From positions 21,579 to 85,578 of the forward strand of contig JAEEPS010000003.1 of NCBI GenBank assembly GCA_016284875.1: a stretch of DNA of 64,000 nucleotides, read 5' to 3'. This document shows, one piece after another, positions 1-10,699 of the stretch. The DNA comes from Salinivirgaceae bacterium (GTDB lineage: Bacteria > Bacteroidota > Bacteroidia > Bacteroidales > SZUA-534). Under the pieces are notes generated by a model, which ran no database searches, was not told the origin of the DNA, and saw only the letters and a program-made list of their open reading frames with translations. How positions within the stretch are numbered: the stretch's first letter is position 1; every line of letters begins with the position of its first letter. The position numbers and the translations under genes are program-made.

Positions 1-3000
1 TATGGAACATTATTGTCAGAAGACCAACTGAACGCAAGCGTTAGTGATGTTAATGGTGAATACACTTATACTCCTGCATTAGGCACCAAACTCAATGCTG
101 ACGAAAATCAGGTACTCACTGTTGTATTCACTCCAACAGGAGCAGATGCTGATAATTACTTATTCGAGCCCAAAACGGTTACTATTAATGTTGATAAAGC
201 TACTCCCAAAATTAATTGGAACAATACTGATGTCATTACATACGGAACACCGTTGACTAATGCAACGGCTAATGTCGGTGGTTCATTCGTTTATAAAGAA
301 GGTACTACCGAAATTCCAAACCAAGCAACATTAAACGTTGGTAATCATACAATTACAGTTGAATTCACTCCATCGGATGGGGAAAACTATAATTTTATTT
401 CAAATAATTATACTATTTCTGTAACAAGCGCTACCGCAAACTTAACATGGACGCCAGTAGTTACTGAAATTACCTACGGAGATCCACTCTCAGCCGTACT
501 TAACGCAAATACTACAACAGGCGATAATGGTGCTATTATTTACAAAGAAGGCGAAACTATTGTGACTTCAGAAACTATTCTCAATGTCGGAAGCCACAAT
601 ATCACAGCCATTCTGCCTGCAGCTGGCAATTACAACGAAGCTACGGTTAATCGCACAATCACTGTAAAAAAAGCCGATCCTATAATCTCATGGACTCAGC
701 CCGCACCAATCACTTACGGAACTGCATTAAATGCTGATGATCATCTGAATGCATCATCCGAAGCACCAGGAACTATCACCTATAAAGAGGGTGGCAATAA
801 TGTTAAAATTGGAGATATACTTAATGTTGGAGAACACACCATTACTGCAACTTTGCCTGAATCTGACAATTACAACGAAGGTACTGAAACGGCTATTATT
901 GTGGTGAATGCAGCTGACCCGAACTTGTCATGGACACCTGTTGTTACTGAAATCACTTATGGGACAGCTCTTTCTGATGCCCAACTTAATGCTGTCACTC
1001 CTACTGACGGCACAATCACTTACAAAGAAGGCGAAACTGTTGTGACTTCAGGAACAATTCTCGATGCAGGCGACCACACCATCACGGCCACACTGCCAGC
1101 TTCGGGTAACTACAATGAATCCACTTCTCAAGCTGTAATCAAGGTGAAAAAAGCAGATCCTGTTATCTCTTATGAAGTGACGGAAGACCTCTCATATGGT
1201 GCAACTGCCACAGATATTGAAAACAGCATTAATGCCTCAGCAACATTCAATAATGTAACATTAGATGGCGATTTCAGCTATAGCATTCCTGCAACATTGA
1301 ATGCTGGTTCAAAAACTGTCACTATTACGTTTACGCCAAATAATACAAATAATTTCAACGTGGCAACCATAAAAGCAAACATCACTATTAACCAAGCATC
1401 ACCAGTTGTTACGTGGGACGTTCCTGCAGAAATTACCATTACCTACGGAACGGTTTTGACGAAAACTCAACTGAAAGCCACAACGAATGCCATCGGTCAA
1501 TTCAGCTACCTTCTGGCTGAAGGCGGAAATGCACTGGATACCATTATTGATGCGGGTACATATGTTGTAAAAGCTGTCTTCTCTGGTTCTATTAACTACG
1601 CTCAATGGGAAGATTCGAGAACAGTAATTGTTGAACAAGCCGTTCCTGCAATCACTTGGGAGCCGAATGCTGTTGCTTGGGGCGCATCGGCAGAAGAGAT
1701 TGACAGCAATGTCAAGAATGCTGTGGCGAAAGACTCGAAAGGCAACGTGCTTGAGGGTGAGTTCACATACATTATTCCTGAACTTACGGCTGTTGGCGAG
1801 GCTGAGGTTAGCGTGACATTCGAGAACAAGAATTACAAATCCACTTCTGCGACAACCAAGACTCTAAATGTCACAAAGGCCAATCCTGTCATTGCTTGGA
1901 CACCGCAAAATATCACCTTCGGGGCATCAGTTTCTGAGATATTGAGCAAAATTGATAATGCCCAAGCATCATATAACGGCGAAGAAGTGAAAGGCGCGTT
2001 CGAATACGACACTAACATTCCGAACCTGAATGCAGGAACACATGTCGTCACTGTTAAGTTTACGCCACAAGACGGCGAGAAATTCAATGATGTGGAAGAA
2101 ACTGCAGAACTCACAATTGAAAAAGCCACCCCGACAATCGTTTGGGAACCGAAAAATGTCACTTATGGCGCTTCATCAGAAGAGATTGCCGCTGCATTGG
2201 AGAATGCCGAAGCACAATTCAATGGTGAAACTGTGAGCGGAGACTATGAATACATTCTTCCTCTTACAACCGATTTGCAAGTTGGCTTGGAAGAAATGGA
2301 TTTAATTGCCGTAGTCACATTCACTCCGACAGGCGATGATACTACTAACTTTGAGGCAGTCTCAACAATTGTAAATGTAGTTGTTGAAAAAGCAACTCCA
2401 GTAATCACTTGGAACACTCCAGAGGATATTACTGTCGGAACAGCCTTGAGCGCTGCCCAACTGAACGCGACAGCAAATGTTGAAGGCGACTTTGTTTACA
2501 CTCCTGCCGCTGATGCAGTTTTGGAAGTTGGCGAGCACCAGAAACTCTCGGTTGTGTTTACCCCGACTGATGCTGTTAACTACAACAGTGCCAGCGACTC
2601 TGTCTTCATCAACGTCAAGGTAGCATCTGCTGATACAACTCAAATTGACTCGACTGCTGCAATCGTCTGGGCACCAAGCGCCATTGTATATGGCACACCT
2701 GTTGGCGAGACATTCAACGCCACAGCCAAAGTGGAAGGTGAAATTACCTACTCGCTGGCAGCCGACTCTATCCTGAATGCTGGTGAATATAAAGTTACAG
2801 CAAAACTGTCGCCTGTGAATGGCAACGTCACCACAATTGAAAGAATTGTCAAGGTAGCCAAAGCCGAACTGACAGCAACTGCTGCCAACGACACCATCAT
2901 GCAAGGTGACACAATGCCGAAGTTTGAGATTAACTACACTGGTTTTGTTGGTAACGACAACGCAGCCAGCCTTACCACCGCTCCTACTGCCACTTGCAGT

Positions 3001-4242
3001 GCTTCGACCGACACGGTCGGCTCATTCGAGATTGTGGTTTCGGGCGGCGAGGCCATCAACTACGACTTCAAACATGTCAATGGTTTGCTGACAATTCTGG
3101 CCAAAGGCGACACTCTGCCGAAACCAAATGACACAACAGGTGTTGCAATCATCACTTGGACACCAGCCGTCAGAATAATTACTTATGGCACGCTCATCGA
3201 TTCAACAATCCTGAACGCAACAGCAAATGTTGAAGGCACATTCACCTATGCGGCAAGACAAGAGATCATGACTGTATATGATACAACTCCGGGAGAAATA
3301 GTCTACGAATACATCACTCGCAGTCTGGCCATTGGCGACACTCTGAATGTTGGCAAATACGACCTAATTGCTACATTCACCCCTGCTGATTCAACAATAA
3401 AGGCTGTTAACGACACCATTACGCTGATTGTCAACGAGGTGAATGGTTCTATCATCTCTTGGGCACCAGCCGTCAGCACAATTACCTATGGCACGCTCAT
3501 CGATTCAACAATTCTGAACGCAACAGCAAAAGTTGAAGGCACATTCACCTACTTGGCTGTGAAAATTGAAATCAACGAAATAGTATTCACTCCAGAGGAT
3601 GCTCCTACCGAGCCAGTATTCGACACTGTTTACACAACTCGCAGCCTTGCCGTTGGCGACACTCTGAATGTAGGCACATACGGACTGATTGCCACATTCG
3701 TTCCTGCCGATTCAACAATAAGTGCTGTTAACGACACTACTGCACTGATTGTGAACAAAGCGGTGCTGAAGGTTTCGGTTGCCGATGCCACAATAAAGCA
3801 AGGCGATAACATGCCATCGTTCAATATTGACTACGAAGGCTTTGTATTAGGTGAAAACCCCGCCAATCTGAAATTTGCTCCCAATGCGAAATGCGATGCC
3901 ACAACCGCCAATGCAGGAACGTTCGACATCACCCTATACGGCGGACTTGATGACAACTACGAGTTCGAGTACAAGAACGGCAAGTTGACCATTCTCAAAG
4001 ATGAAGATGTTGCCATCAACGAGTCAGCCGCAATATTCGAAGTGTACCCGAACCCGTCGAACGGAGCATTCTTCGTCAATGCTGGCGACGACGCACAAGA
4101 GGTTCGCATCTTCAACTCAACTGGCAAACTTGTGAAGGTTGAGAACATCGAGGGCGTTACCCGCATCGATATCAGCGAGTATGCCAACGGAATGTACTTT
4201 GTCAAAGTCGGCAACCAGACAAAGACTATCATCAAGCAATAA
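1..4242 (+). CDS. Large cell-surface repeat protein (about 14 MBG-like repeats) with C-terminal T9SS sorting domain; N-terminus lies outside the window
   Basis: The frame is open from base 1. The first residues, YGTLLSEDQLNA, are themselves the repeat motif, so the track start at 13 is artificial. There are recurrent ~90-aa units with (I/V)TYGTxL..LNA..G.F.Y...L..G.H.(I/V)T..F.P....NY. The last ~80 aa (VYPNPSNGAFFV...GMYFVKVGNQTKTIIKQ) fit the Bacteroidetes por/T9SS C-terminal domain pattern. Confidence 0.75.
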   Translation, partial: YGTLLSEDQLNASVSDVNGEYTYTPALGTKLNADENQVLTVVFTPTGADADNYLFEPKTVTINVDKATPKINWNNTDVITYGTPLTNATANVGGSFVYKEGTTEIPNQATLNVGNHTITVEFTPSDGENYNFISNNYTISVTSATANLTWTPVVTEITYGDPLSAVLNANTTTGDNGAIIYKEGETIVTSETILNVGSHNITAILPAAGNYNEATVNRTITVKKADPIISWTQPAPITYGTALNADDHLNASSEAPGTITYKEGGNNVKIGDILNVGEHTITATLPESDNYNEGTETAIIVVNAADPNLSWTPVVTEITYGTALSDAQLNAVTPTDGTITYKEGETVVTSGTILDAGDHTITATLPASGNYNESTSQAVIKVKKADPVISYEVTEDLSYGATATDIENSINASATFNNVTLDGDFSYSIPATLNAGSKTVTITFTPNNTNNFNVATIKANITINQASPVVTWDVPAEITITYGTVLTKTQLKATTNAIGQFSYLLAEGGNALDTIIDAGTYVVKAVFSGSINYAQWEDSRTVIVEQAVPAITWEPNAVAWGASAEEIDSNVKNAVAKDSKGNVLEGEFTYIIPELTAVGEAEVSVTFENKNYKSTSATTKTLNVTKANPVIAWTPQNITFGASVSEILSKIDNAQASYNGEEVKGAFEYDTNIPNLNAGTHVVTVKFTPQDGEKFNDVEETAELTIEKATPTIVWEPKNVTYGASSEEIAAALENAEAQFNGETVSGDYEYILPLTTDLQVGLEEMDLIAVVTFTPTGDDTTNFEAVSTIVNVVVEKATPVITWNTPEDITVGTALSAAQLNATANVEGDFVYTPAADAVLEVGEHQKLSVVFTPTDAVNYNSASDSVFINVKVASADTTQIDSTAAIVWAPSAIVYGTPVGETFNATAKVEGEITYSLAADSILNAGEYKVTAKLSPVNGNVTTIERIVKVAKAELTATAANDTIMQGDTMPKFEINYTGFVGNDNAASLTTAPTATCSASTDTVGSFEIVVSGGEAINYDFKHVNGLLTILAKGDTLPKPNDTTGVAIITWTPAVRIITYGTLIDSTILNATANVEGTFTYAARQEIMTVYDTTPGEIVYEYITRSLAIGDTLNVGKYDLIATFTPADSTIKAVNDTITLIVNEVNGSIISWAPAVSTITYGTLIDSTILNATAKVEGTFTYLAVKIEINEIVFTPEDAPTEPVFDTVYTTRSLAVGDTLNVGTYGLIATFVPADSTISAVNDTTALIVNKAVLKVSVADATIKQGDNMPSFNIDYEGFVLGENPANLKFAPNAKCDATTANAGTFDITLYGGLDDNYEFEYKNGKLTILKDEDVAINESAAIFEVYPNPSNGAFFVNAGDDAQEVRIFNSTGKLVKVENIEGVTRIDISEYANGMYFVKVGNQTKTIIKQ

Positions 4243-4263
4243 TGCAAGATTAAATATCACATA

Positions 4264-4296
4264 AACGGTCAATGTTCAACATTGGCCGTTTTTGTT
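4264..4296 (+). terminator. Rho-independent terminator candidate after the surface-protein gene
   Basis: Inverted repeat AACGGTCAATGTT / AACATTGGCCGTT (one G-U pair), followed by a T-rich run TTTTGTTTTATTTT. Confidence 0.5.
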
Positions 4297-4309
4297 TTAT
4301 TTTGCACTG

Positions 4310-5596
4310 ATGGAATCCGCGGTAAAATATATTATTGATTTTCTGCTGAAGGGGAACAGCCATTTGGCTTCGCGTGTCGGTTACACAAAAAACGAATCGC
4401 TGTTCGCAAACTACAGCGTTGTCATTGTGCCATCGGGCTTTTTCGATGCGGAAACCTACGGAACACTGGCATCGGAACCGCAACTGCCGCTCAAAGAATT
4501 CAACGGCACCCCTATCCTATTCGGCACCGAGGAAATCAAGAGGCAAGAAAGCACCATAGTTATCCATGCCGACCTGGTTGCAAGCGCCTTTTTTCTGCTT
4601 TCGCGATACGAAGAATTCATCCATCCTGCCGACAACCGCGACGCTCACGGCCGCTACGTGGGGAAAAATTCGCTACCATGCCGCGCCAAATTCATCAACC
4701 GCCCGATTGTTGACGAGTACGCCGACATACTGCTGAAATGCCTGTCGGAAGCGGGTTGCGATGTCAAGTTTCCGCCTGCAGCCTATAGAAACATCTATCT
4801 CACTCACGACATTGATTTCCTGACAAACTATCGGCATTTGCGCGGTTTTTTAGGTGGAATAAAGCGTAATTTATTGTCGCCGAAAGGCTTATGCCGAATT
4901 GCAAAATCGGTATTCAGTTTAGAGAAAGACCCTGCTTTCACATTCCGTTGGATTTTGGGGCAAGACAGTAAAGTGGCTGACGCTCAACAGGTTTACTTTG
5001 TAAAATCTGCTGTCAGCCAAGCCGCCGCCGACTATCCTGGCTACAATCTGAACGGAAAAGACTTCAAAAAACTTTCGCAACTGCTGAAGGAGAACAACTG
5101 CAAACTTGGTCTGCATACCAGTTACAATTCGGCTAACCATCTGGAATACATCAAGATGGAGAAGGTAAAATTGGAGCAAAGTTTGGGGATGACTGTAACC
5201 GCCAGCAGATGGCACTTTCTTCGAACCACACAACCATTTGATTATAAAGAACTTATATCAGCAGGAATAACCGACGATTTCACAATGGGCTACGCCGATA
5301 CAGCAGGTTTCCGTTTGGGAACATCGCGCGCAGTGCAATGGATAAACCCTGAAAATCTTGAAGTTACGAATCTAACGATACATCCGCTGACGGCCATGGA
5401 CTGCACGTTCAGCAATCAGGAATACATGAATCTGACAGAAAGCGAAGCCGAAGAAAAAATCGTCAGTCTGCTGAATCAGACGAAAAAACATAATGGCGAA
5501 GTGGTACTTTTGTGGCACAACACCGTTTTTTCAGAATTAGACGGAGGTTATCATAAATCGCTATATACCAATATCATAAAAGAATTGGCAAGATGA
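4310..5596 (+). CDS. Polysaccharide-deacetylase-like protein (putative)
   Basis: The track start at 4292 is a TTG inside the terminator T-tract. The first ATG is at 4310 (MESAVKYII). Motifs LTHDIDFL and LGLHTSY resemble the metal-binding D/H motifs of CE4-type deacetylases. It lies in a cell-envelope sugar gene cluster and overlaps wecB by 4 nt. Confidence 0.4.
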   Translation: MESAVKYIIDFLLKGNSHLASRVGYTKNESLFANYSVVIVPSGFFDAETYGTLASEPQLPLKEFNGTPILFGTEEIKRQESTIVIHADLVASAFFLLSRYEEFIHPADNRDAHGRYVGKNSLPCRAKFINRPIVDEYADILLKCLSEAGCDVKFPPAAYRNIYLTHDIDFLTNYRHLRGFLGGIKRNLLSPKGLCRIAKSVFSLEKDPAFTFRWILGQDSKVADAQQVYFVKSAVSQAAADYPGYNLNGKDFKKLSQLLKENNCKLGLHTSYNSANHLEYIKMEKVKLEQSLGMTVTASRWHFLRTTQPFDYKELISAGITDDFTMGYADTAGFRLGTSRAVQWINPENLEVTNLTIHPLTAMDCTFSNQEYMNLTESEAEEKIVSLLNQTKKHNGEVVLLWHNTVFSELDGGYHKSLYTNIIKELAR

Positions 5597-6681
5597 GGAT
5601 TCTCACAATCATCGGGGCAAGGCCGCAATTCATCAAAGCCGCAGCCGTCAGCAGCGCCATAAACGCGCACAACAAGCAAGGCGGCAACCGAATCGATGAG
5701 TTCATTCTGCACACGGGCCAGCACTACGACCACAATATGAGCCAGATATTCTTCGACGACCTTGCGATTCCGAAACCCGCATGGCAACTCAACTGCAGCG
5801 CCATGATGCCCGAACCGATGTCGGAAGAAATCATTGCAACGGTAAAAAGCGAAAAGTTTGATTGTGTGCTACTTTACGGCGATACCTACTCAACTCTGGC
5901 GGGGGCTTTGGCAGCCGAAAAACTGCAAATTCCAATAGCGCACATCGAGGCTGGACTGCGCAGTTTCAACAACGCTATGCCCGAAGAACACAACCGCATT
6001 GAGACCGACCGACGCGCCAATTGGCTGTTCTGCCCCACCCGCACCGCCGTGAAAAATCTTGCGGACGAAGGACTTACACACGGAGTTCATCTGGTTGGCG
6101 ATGTGATGTACGACGCCGCACTCATGTTTGCAGGCATTGCCAGCAAAAAATCGGACATCCTGACACATCTGAACCTTCGCGAAAAAGATTTTTATCTAGC
6201 AACAATCCACCGCGCTGAAAACACAAACAGTGATAAGTTAACAGATATATTTTCAGCACTTTCCGATGTTGCAACAGTTGAAACGCCGATTGTTCTGCCT
6301 CTGCATCCGCGAACACGAAATGTGATTGAAGGCGATGCTTGTCTGAAAGCGCTGGCATTTGGCAATAATGCGATAAATATCATTGAACCAGCCAATTACT
6401 TGGATATGATTATGCTTGAAAAAAGTGCCAAACTGATTCTGACCGATTCGGGCGGCATTCAGAAAGAAGCATATTTCCACCAAACACCTTGCGTCACACT
6501 GCGCGAAGAGACCGAATGGGTGGAAACCGTCAGTGCTGGGTGGAACAAGATTGTGGGAACCGATGCCGAAAAAATCAAATCTGCAATAAACTCGCCATTT
6601 GCCAAACTGGCAATAACCGATTATGGTTCAGGCGATAGCGCACAAAAAATCATCAAGATACTATGCAACGGAAACTATTGA
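5593..6681 (+). CDS. wecB: UDP-N-acetylglucosamine 2-epimerase (non-hydrolysing)
   Basis: N-terminus MRILTIIGARPQFIKAAAVS, HTGQHYD, GDTYSTLAGALAA, HIEAGLRS and LILTDSGGIQKEA are the canonical WecB/MnaA epimerase motifs. Confidence 0.85.
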   Translation: MRILTIIGARPQFIKAAAVSSAINAHNKQGGNRIDEFILHTGQHYDHNMSQIFFDDLAIPKPAWQLNCSAMMPEPMSEEIIATVKSEKFDCVLLYGDTYSTLAGALAAEKLQIPIAHIEAGLRSFNNAMPEEHNRIETDRRANWLFCPTRTAVKNLADEGLTHGVHLVGDVMYDAALMFAGIASKKSDILTHLNLREKDFYLATIHRAENTNSDKLTDIFSALSDVATVETPIVLPLHPRTRNVIEGDACLKALAFGNNAINIIEPANYLDMIMLEKSAKLILTDSGGIQKEAYFHQTPCVTLREETEWVETVSAGWNKIVGTDAEKIKSAINSPFAKLAITDYGSGDSAQKIIKILCNGNY

Positions 6682-7865
6682 TAGTGTGCGACGCCTTTCC
6701 GCCCGATTTTGCTCCGAGGGTTGGTTACCTATGCAAATTTCTCGATTCCGACTACGATATAACTGTTGTAACCGAAGAAACAGGTCATAACTCGTGGCCT
6801 GTGAGTTTCGAACGGCAGAATTTCTGCATTCACAAGTTCGCACTGACATCTGCTAACCCGCTGATTTGCAATTTTCAAGCCATTGGCGACTATCTGTTTT
6901 CACGCAAAGACCGCAAACTATATAAACAAGCCATCAAAATATTGAATGACAGCCGTTTCGATATGGTTTGGTGCACAAGTTATTACATTTTCCCGCTCCT
7001 TTGCGGCAAAAAACTTGCACAACACTTCAACATTCCGCTCTGCATCGATTTGCGCGACATCAAGGAACAGGAAGCAAAACCCATTGGTTTGCATAGAATT
7101 AGACATTTCTTCCGTCTGCAATGGCTGAACATTTGGCGCCGAAATCGGATACTGAAATCGGCCCAGAGCGTGACAACCATTTCGCCATGGCATGTTGAAA
7201 CGCTGTCGAAATTCCACAACAATGTCCACCTTGTTTACAACGGCTACGACGACGAGGATTTCCGATACAAAGAGACCAAAACCGACTATTTCACAATCAC
7301 TTACACAGGTCGAATACTCGATTTGAGTTTGCGGAATCCGATTCTGCTTTTTGAGGCGGTGCGGGATTTATGCAAGAACGATGATTTTGCCAAAGCATTA
7401 AGAATCAAATGGTTTCTTGATGATGCAAGCATGAAGCAAATCGGCGGACTGACCGCAAACTATGGGTTGACAGCGGTCACTGAAATGCACCCCACAATAT
7501 CAGCCAAAGAGATGCCTGAAGTGCTGAACAACAGTTCGATAGCACTTGTTCTGACCAACCTGTCGACCCCCAAAGGCCCGCACGGCATCATGACCACAAA
7601 ATTCTTCGAAGCCCTGGGCTGCGAAAGACCTATTTTGTGCGTCCGCAGCGACGAGAGTTGCCTTGCCGCTGCCATTGCCGAAACAAACGCAGGACTTGCA
7701 GGACGCGATGTTGAAGAAGTTAAAAACTTCATTATTAGCAAATTCCACGAGTGGCAGCAAAATGGTTTCACGCATCAGAATGTCCGACTGAAAGAACAAT
7801 TCACCCGACAAACGCAAGCCGTTCAATTCAAGGAAATCTTTGAACAAACCATACAGAAGCAATAA
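6663..7865 (+). CDS. Glycosyltransferase, GT-B fold (GT4-like)
   Basis: N-terminus KLLIVCDAFPP. The C-terminal nucleotide-sugar binding region is GIMTTKFFEALGCERPIL, an E-x7-E-like region. It overlaps the end of wecB by 19 nt, consistent with an operon. Confidence 0.6.
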   Translation: MQRKLLIVCDAFPPDFAPRVGYLCKFLDSDYDITVVTEETGHNSWPVSFERQNFCIHKFALTSANPLICNFQAIGDYLFSRKDRKLYKQAIKILNDSRFDMVWCTSYYIFPLLCGKKLAQHFNIPLCIDLRDIKEQEAKPIGLHRIRHFFRLQWLNIWRRNRILKSAQSVTTISPWHVETLSKFHNNVHLVYNGYDDEDFRYKETKTDYFTITYTGRILDLSLRNPILLFEAVRDLCKNDDFAKALRIKWFLDDASMKQIGGLTANYGLTAVTEMHPTISAKEMPEVLNNSSIALVLTNLSTPKGPHGIMTTKFFEALGCERPILCVRSDESCLAAAIAETNAGLAGRDVEEVKNFIISKFHEWQQNGFTHQNVRLKEQFTRQTQAVQFKEIFEQTIQKQ

Positions 7866-7963
7866 CTCTATTGCATTGCAGGACACCACAATGTTTCTTT
7901 TCTGTTGATAAAATGCTGTCGGCAATCAACGCTCGCCGATTACCTTTGCCAAAAACAGCGATT

Positions 7964-8986
7964 ATGCCACAGATTGTTGAAAACGCACGACTTAAAGAGT
8001 TGAATTCGTTCGGGTTAGATGTGACAGCCAAACAACTTTGCATCTACCATTCGCCCGATGACATCCGTCAACTCATCAGCCAGATTGGCGCATTGACCGA
8101 CAAGCGGATTTTGATTCTCGGCGGCGGATGCAACATCTTGTTTGTCAACAATTTCGATGGCATTATAATCCATCCTAACAATTCGGGCATCAGCATTGAG
8201 AGCGAAACCGACGATTACTGCCTTGTGAAGGCTGGCGCAGGAACCGTGTGGGATACGCTTGTAGAATGGGCTGTTGAGCGTAATTTGGGCGGAATCGAGA
8301 ACTTGTCGCTTATTCCAGGAACTGTGGGCGCATCGCCAGTGCAGAACATTGGGGCGTACGGGTGCGAAGCCAAAGACGCAATTGAGCGTGTGAATGTTGT
8401 GAGCCTGACCGATGGCTCAACCTCCACTCTAACCAATACCGAATGCCGTTTCGGCTATCGCGACAGCGCGTTCAAGCATGAGTTGAAAGATAAGTATCTG
8501 GTTGATTCTGTGGTATATCGACTATCGAAAAAGCCGCAGTTTGTGACTCACTACGGCAGTTTGAGCGGCGAGATTGAAAAACTTGGCGGACCATCGCTAC
8601 GCACTATCCGTCAGGCAATTATCAACATCCGCAACAGCAAACTGCCCGACCCGAAAGTGCTTGGCAATGTGGGCAGTTTCTTCAAAAATCCGACTGTTGA
8701 TGCTGCTGTAGCAGAAAAACTTCTAGCCAAGTTTCCCGACATGGTCACCTATCCTGCTGGCGAGGGCCGAATGAAGATTGCCGCTGGCTGGATGATTGAC
8801 CATTGCGGACTGAAAGGCTACACAAACGCTGCAAAAACGGCTGGTGTGCATACGCAGCAGGCTTTGGTGCTCGTCAATCTGGGCGGTGCCACAGGTCGCG
8901 ACATTATTGATGTAGCGCACCACGTACAAAACGCTGTGTATGAAAAATTTGGCATAAAAATCGAGCCTGAAGCAATTGTTATTTAG
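7964..8986 (+). CDS. murB: UDP-N-acetylenolpyruvoylglucosamine reductase
   Basis: LKELNSFGLDV..., ILGGGCNILF, GGIENLSLIPGTVGASPVQNIGAYG, FGYRDSAFK, GSFFKNP and AAGWMIDHCGLKG are type I MurB motifs. I place the start at the ATG at 7964 (MPQIVEN), not the track start at 7871. Confidence 0.85.
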   Translation: MPQIVENARLKELNSFGLDVTAKQLCIYHSPDDIRQLISQIGALTDKRILILGGGCNILFVNNFDGIIIHPNNSGISIESETDDYCLVKAGAGTVWDTLVEWAVERNLGGIENLSLIPGTVGASPVQNIGAYGCEAKDAIERVNVVSLTDGSTSTLTNTECRFGYRDSAFKHELKDKYLVDSVVYRLSKKPQFVTHYGSLSGEIEKLGGPSLRTIRQAIINIRNSKLPDPKVLGNVGSFFKNPTVDAAVAEKLLAKFPDMVTYPAGEGRMKIAAGWMIDHCGLKGYTNAAKTAGVHTQQALVLVNLGGATGRDIIDVAHHVQNAVYEKFGIKIEPEAIVI

Positions 8987-9075
8987 ACTACAGACTTCGG
9001 ACAATGGTCGTAATTCGTAATTCAAAATTCGTAATTAACTAATACCCAAAACCTAACATCCAATCCCCAACTTCC

Positions 9076-9717
9076 ATGACTTTCACCATCATACTCGACT
9101 ACATCGGAACTTTCGCTTTCGCGATAAGCGGAATCCGCATGGCGGCGGCGAAGAAATTCGACTGGTTTGGCGCCTACGTTGTCGGGTTGGTGACGGCTGT
9201 GGGCGGCGGCACCATCCGCGACCTTTTGCTCGGTGTCACACCTTTTTGGATGCTTCAGCCTTCGTATTTGATTGTCACTGGGTTTGCGCTTCTGGTAGTG
9301 ATAATTTTCGGCAAACAATTGGTGCGTATGAACACCACAATGTTCCTGTTTGATGCCATCGGATTGGGCCTATTCACTGTTGTGGGATTCGAGAAAAGCC
9401 TTGCCGCGGGATTCCCCATCTGGGTGAACATCATCATGGGTACGCTCACTGGCGCAGCGGGAGGCATTCTGCGCGACACGCTCATCAACGAAGTACCACT
9501 CATATTCCGCAAAGATGTTTATGCAACTGCCTGCATATTAGGAGGTTTCATTTTCTTTGTCTGCCAAAAAACGGGGATGGGCAATGCCATGTGCGAGATT
9601 TTGAGCGCATCATCGGTTATTCTGATTCGCATTTGGGCCGTACGAAAAAGTGCCAGCCTACCGCTGATGAAAGACGACTCCGCCGATGAAGACGAAGCGC
9701 TGAAAGGGCGAAGTTGA
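9076..9717 (+). CDS. Trimeric intracellular cation channel (UPF0126/YicG-like) membrane protein
   Basis: Two internal UPF0126 repeats, each ending in a glycine-rich G(G/A)GG(T/I)(I/L)RD motif (GGGTIRDLLLG and GAAGGILRDTLIN). The protein is hydrophobic throughout. Confidence 0.7.
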   Translation: MTFTIILDYIGTFAFAISGIRMAAAKKFDWFGAYVVGLVTAVGGGTIRDLLLGVTPFWMLQPSYLIVTGFALLVVIIFGKQLVRMNTTMFLFDAIGLGLFTVVGFEKSLAAGFPIWVNIIMGTLTGAAGGILRDTLINEVPLIFRKDVYATACILGGFIFFVCQKTGMGNAMCEILSASSVILIRIWAVRKSASLPLMKDDSADEDEALKGRS

Positions 9718-9733
9718 GTATCAAATGTATTGG

Positions 9734-10699
9734 TTACTTAACCAACTTAGTATCAAGTGTATAACTAAAATTTGGTTTTTGCGACTTGGGACTAAAAACG
9801 AAAGCGTAAGAAAAAAGATTCTCTGAGTTAAGAATGCTCATATTGCTTCCCGCACAACGGTGATCAATATTATAATCTCCTTTATAGATCTTATACTTTT
9901 GGGGTAATGTCAAATCCATTCCCATTATTCTGCATATAACGGAATTGTAATTATTGACCTTGACAAGCATATTGCCTTGATCATCAGTTATATCCTTAAA
10001 TGCGCCATCAATTCCATCGCACCCCAAAGCCTTAAAGAAGTAACCTATTATTCTTTTGCACTCATCCGCTCTTTTGATATCTAAAGAATTAATATACTGC
10101 ACCATACATTGTATTGCCGGCGTTTTTTTTGACGGGTCGAGCCAATGCCACCAATCCAAAGCGTTATCTCTATACGGACCTTGAGTTGAATACAAAGCGT
10201 CATCGGCCCTTAACAATACTTGGCCTGCCGTTGTAACATGTTTTTTGCCTTTAATAATGAAGGCATATTTGGTGGACAAATTACCAAAATCGACATTAAT
10301 GCCCTCTTTGGCCATCAAATAAGCCAAGTAGTGGCAAGTGCCGAAAGGATACTTGTGGTAATAATCGCTCTGCATATCACCCAGAAAAGTCCTTTCACGA
10401 TCTAAATTCGGATTCATTTTTGAACACGTGGCTTTTATCTTTTCGTGATGCTTTCTGTCAAAGGCAATAATGTGTTGTTCGATACATACAACATCAGGGC
10501 GGTTAACATACAAGTCAATATAGATAGGGTCGTATATCGATTTTACTTCCGAAGAAACCCAAACTGTCTCTCGACTATTGCTGAACCCCACCACTTTGCA
10601 ACCATAATATTTCTGCAGCAACATGCCTGAAAGGAAACCATCAATGTCAGTATTGATGATAATATTCGGATTTTCAGAAAATAAACCTTTAAGTGTCAT
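9734..10699 (-). CDS. Hypothetical protein; candidate restriction-endonuclease partner of the adjacent C5 methyltransferase
   Basis: A 321-aa ORF, co-directional with and 105 bp downstream of the methyltransferase gene. I recognise no family. There are weak DHH-like strings (NTDIDGF, FDRKHH). The assignment is by position only. Confidence 0.3.
   Translation of the reverse strand: MTLKGLFSENPNIIINTDIDGFLSGMLLQKYYGCKVVGFSNSRETVWVSSEVKSIYDPIYIDLYVNRPDVVCIEQHIIAFDRKHHEKIKATCSKMNPNLDRERTFLGDMQSDYYHKYPFGTCHYLAYLMAKEGINVDFGNLSTKYAFIIKGKKHVTTAGQVLLRADDALYSTQGPYRDNALDWWHWLDPSKKTPAIQCMVQYINSLDIKRADECKRIIGYFFKALGCDGIDGAFKDITDDQGNMLVKVNNYNSVICRIMGMDLTLPQKYKIYKGDYNIDHRCAGSNMSILNSENLFSYAFVFSPKSQKPNFSYTLDTKLVK

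Noticed and set aside
1399-4247. Multiple minus-strand and off-frame ORFs inside the surface-protein gene
   Set aside because: The plus-strand frame carries a coherent repeat architecture over 4.2 kb. The others are by-products of repetitive sequence.
7871-7963. N-terminal extension of murB from the track start
   Set aside because: The extension (MHCRTPQCFFSVDK...) is not MurB-like and begins 6 nt after the previous gene's stop. The ATG at 7964 gives a normal MurB N-terminus.
9008-9036. Three copies of CGTAATT between murB and the TRIC channel gene
   Set aside because: A short AT-rich repeat in a 90-bp intergenic spacer. It is too short and too simple to support a functional claim.
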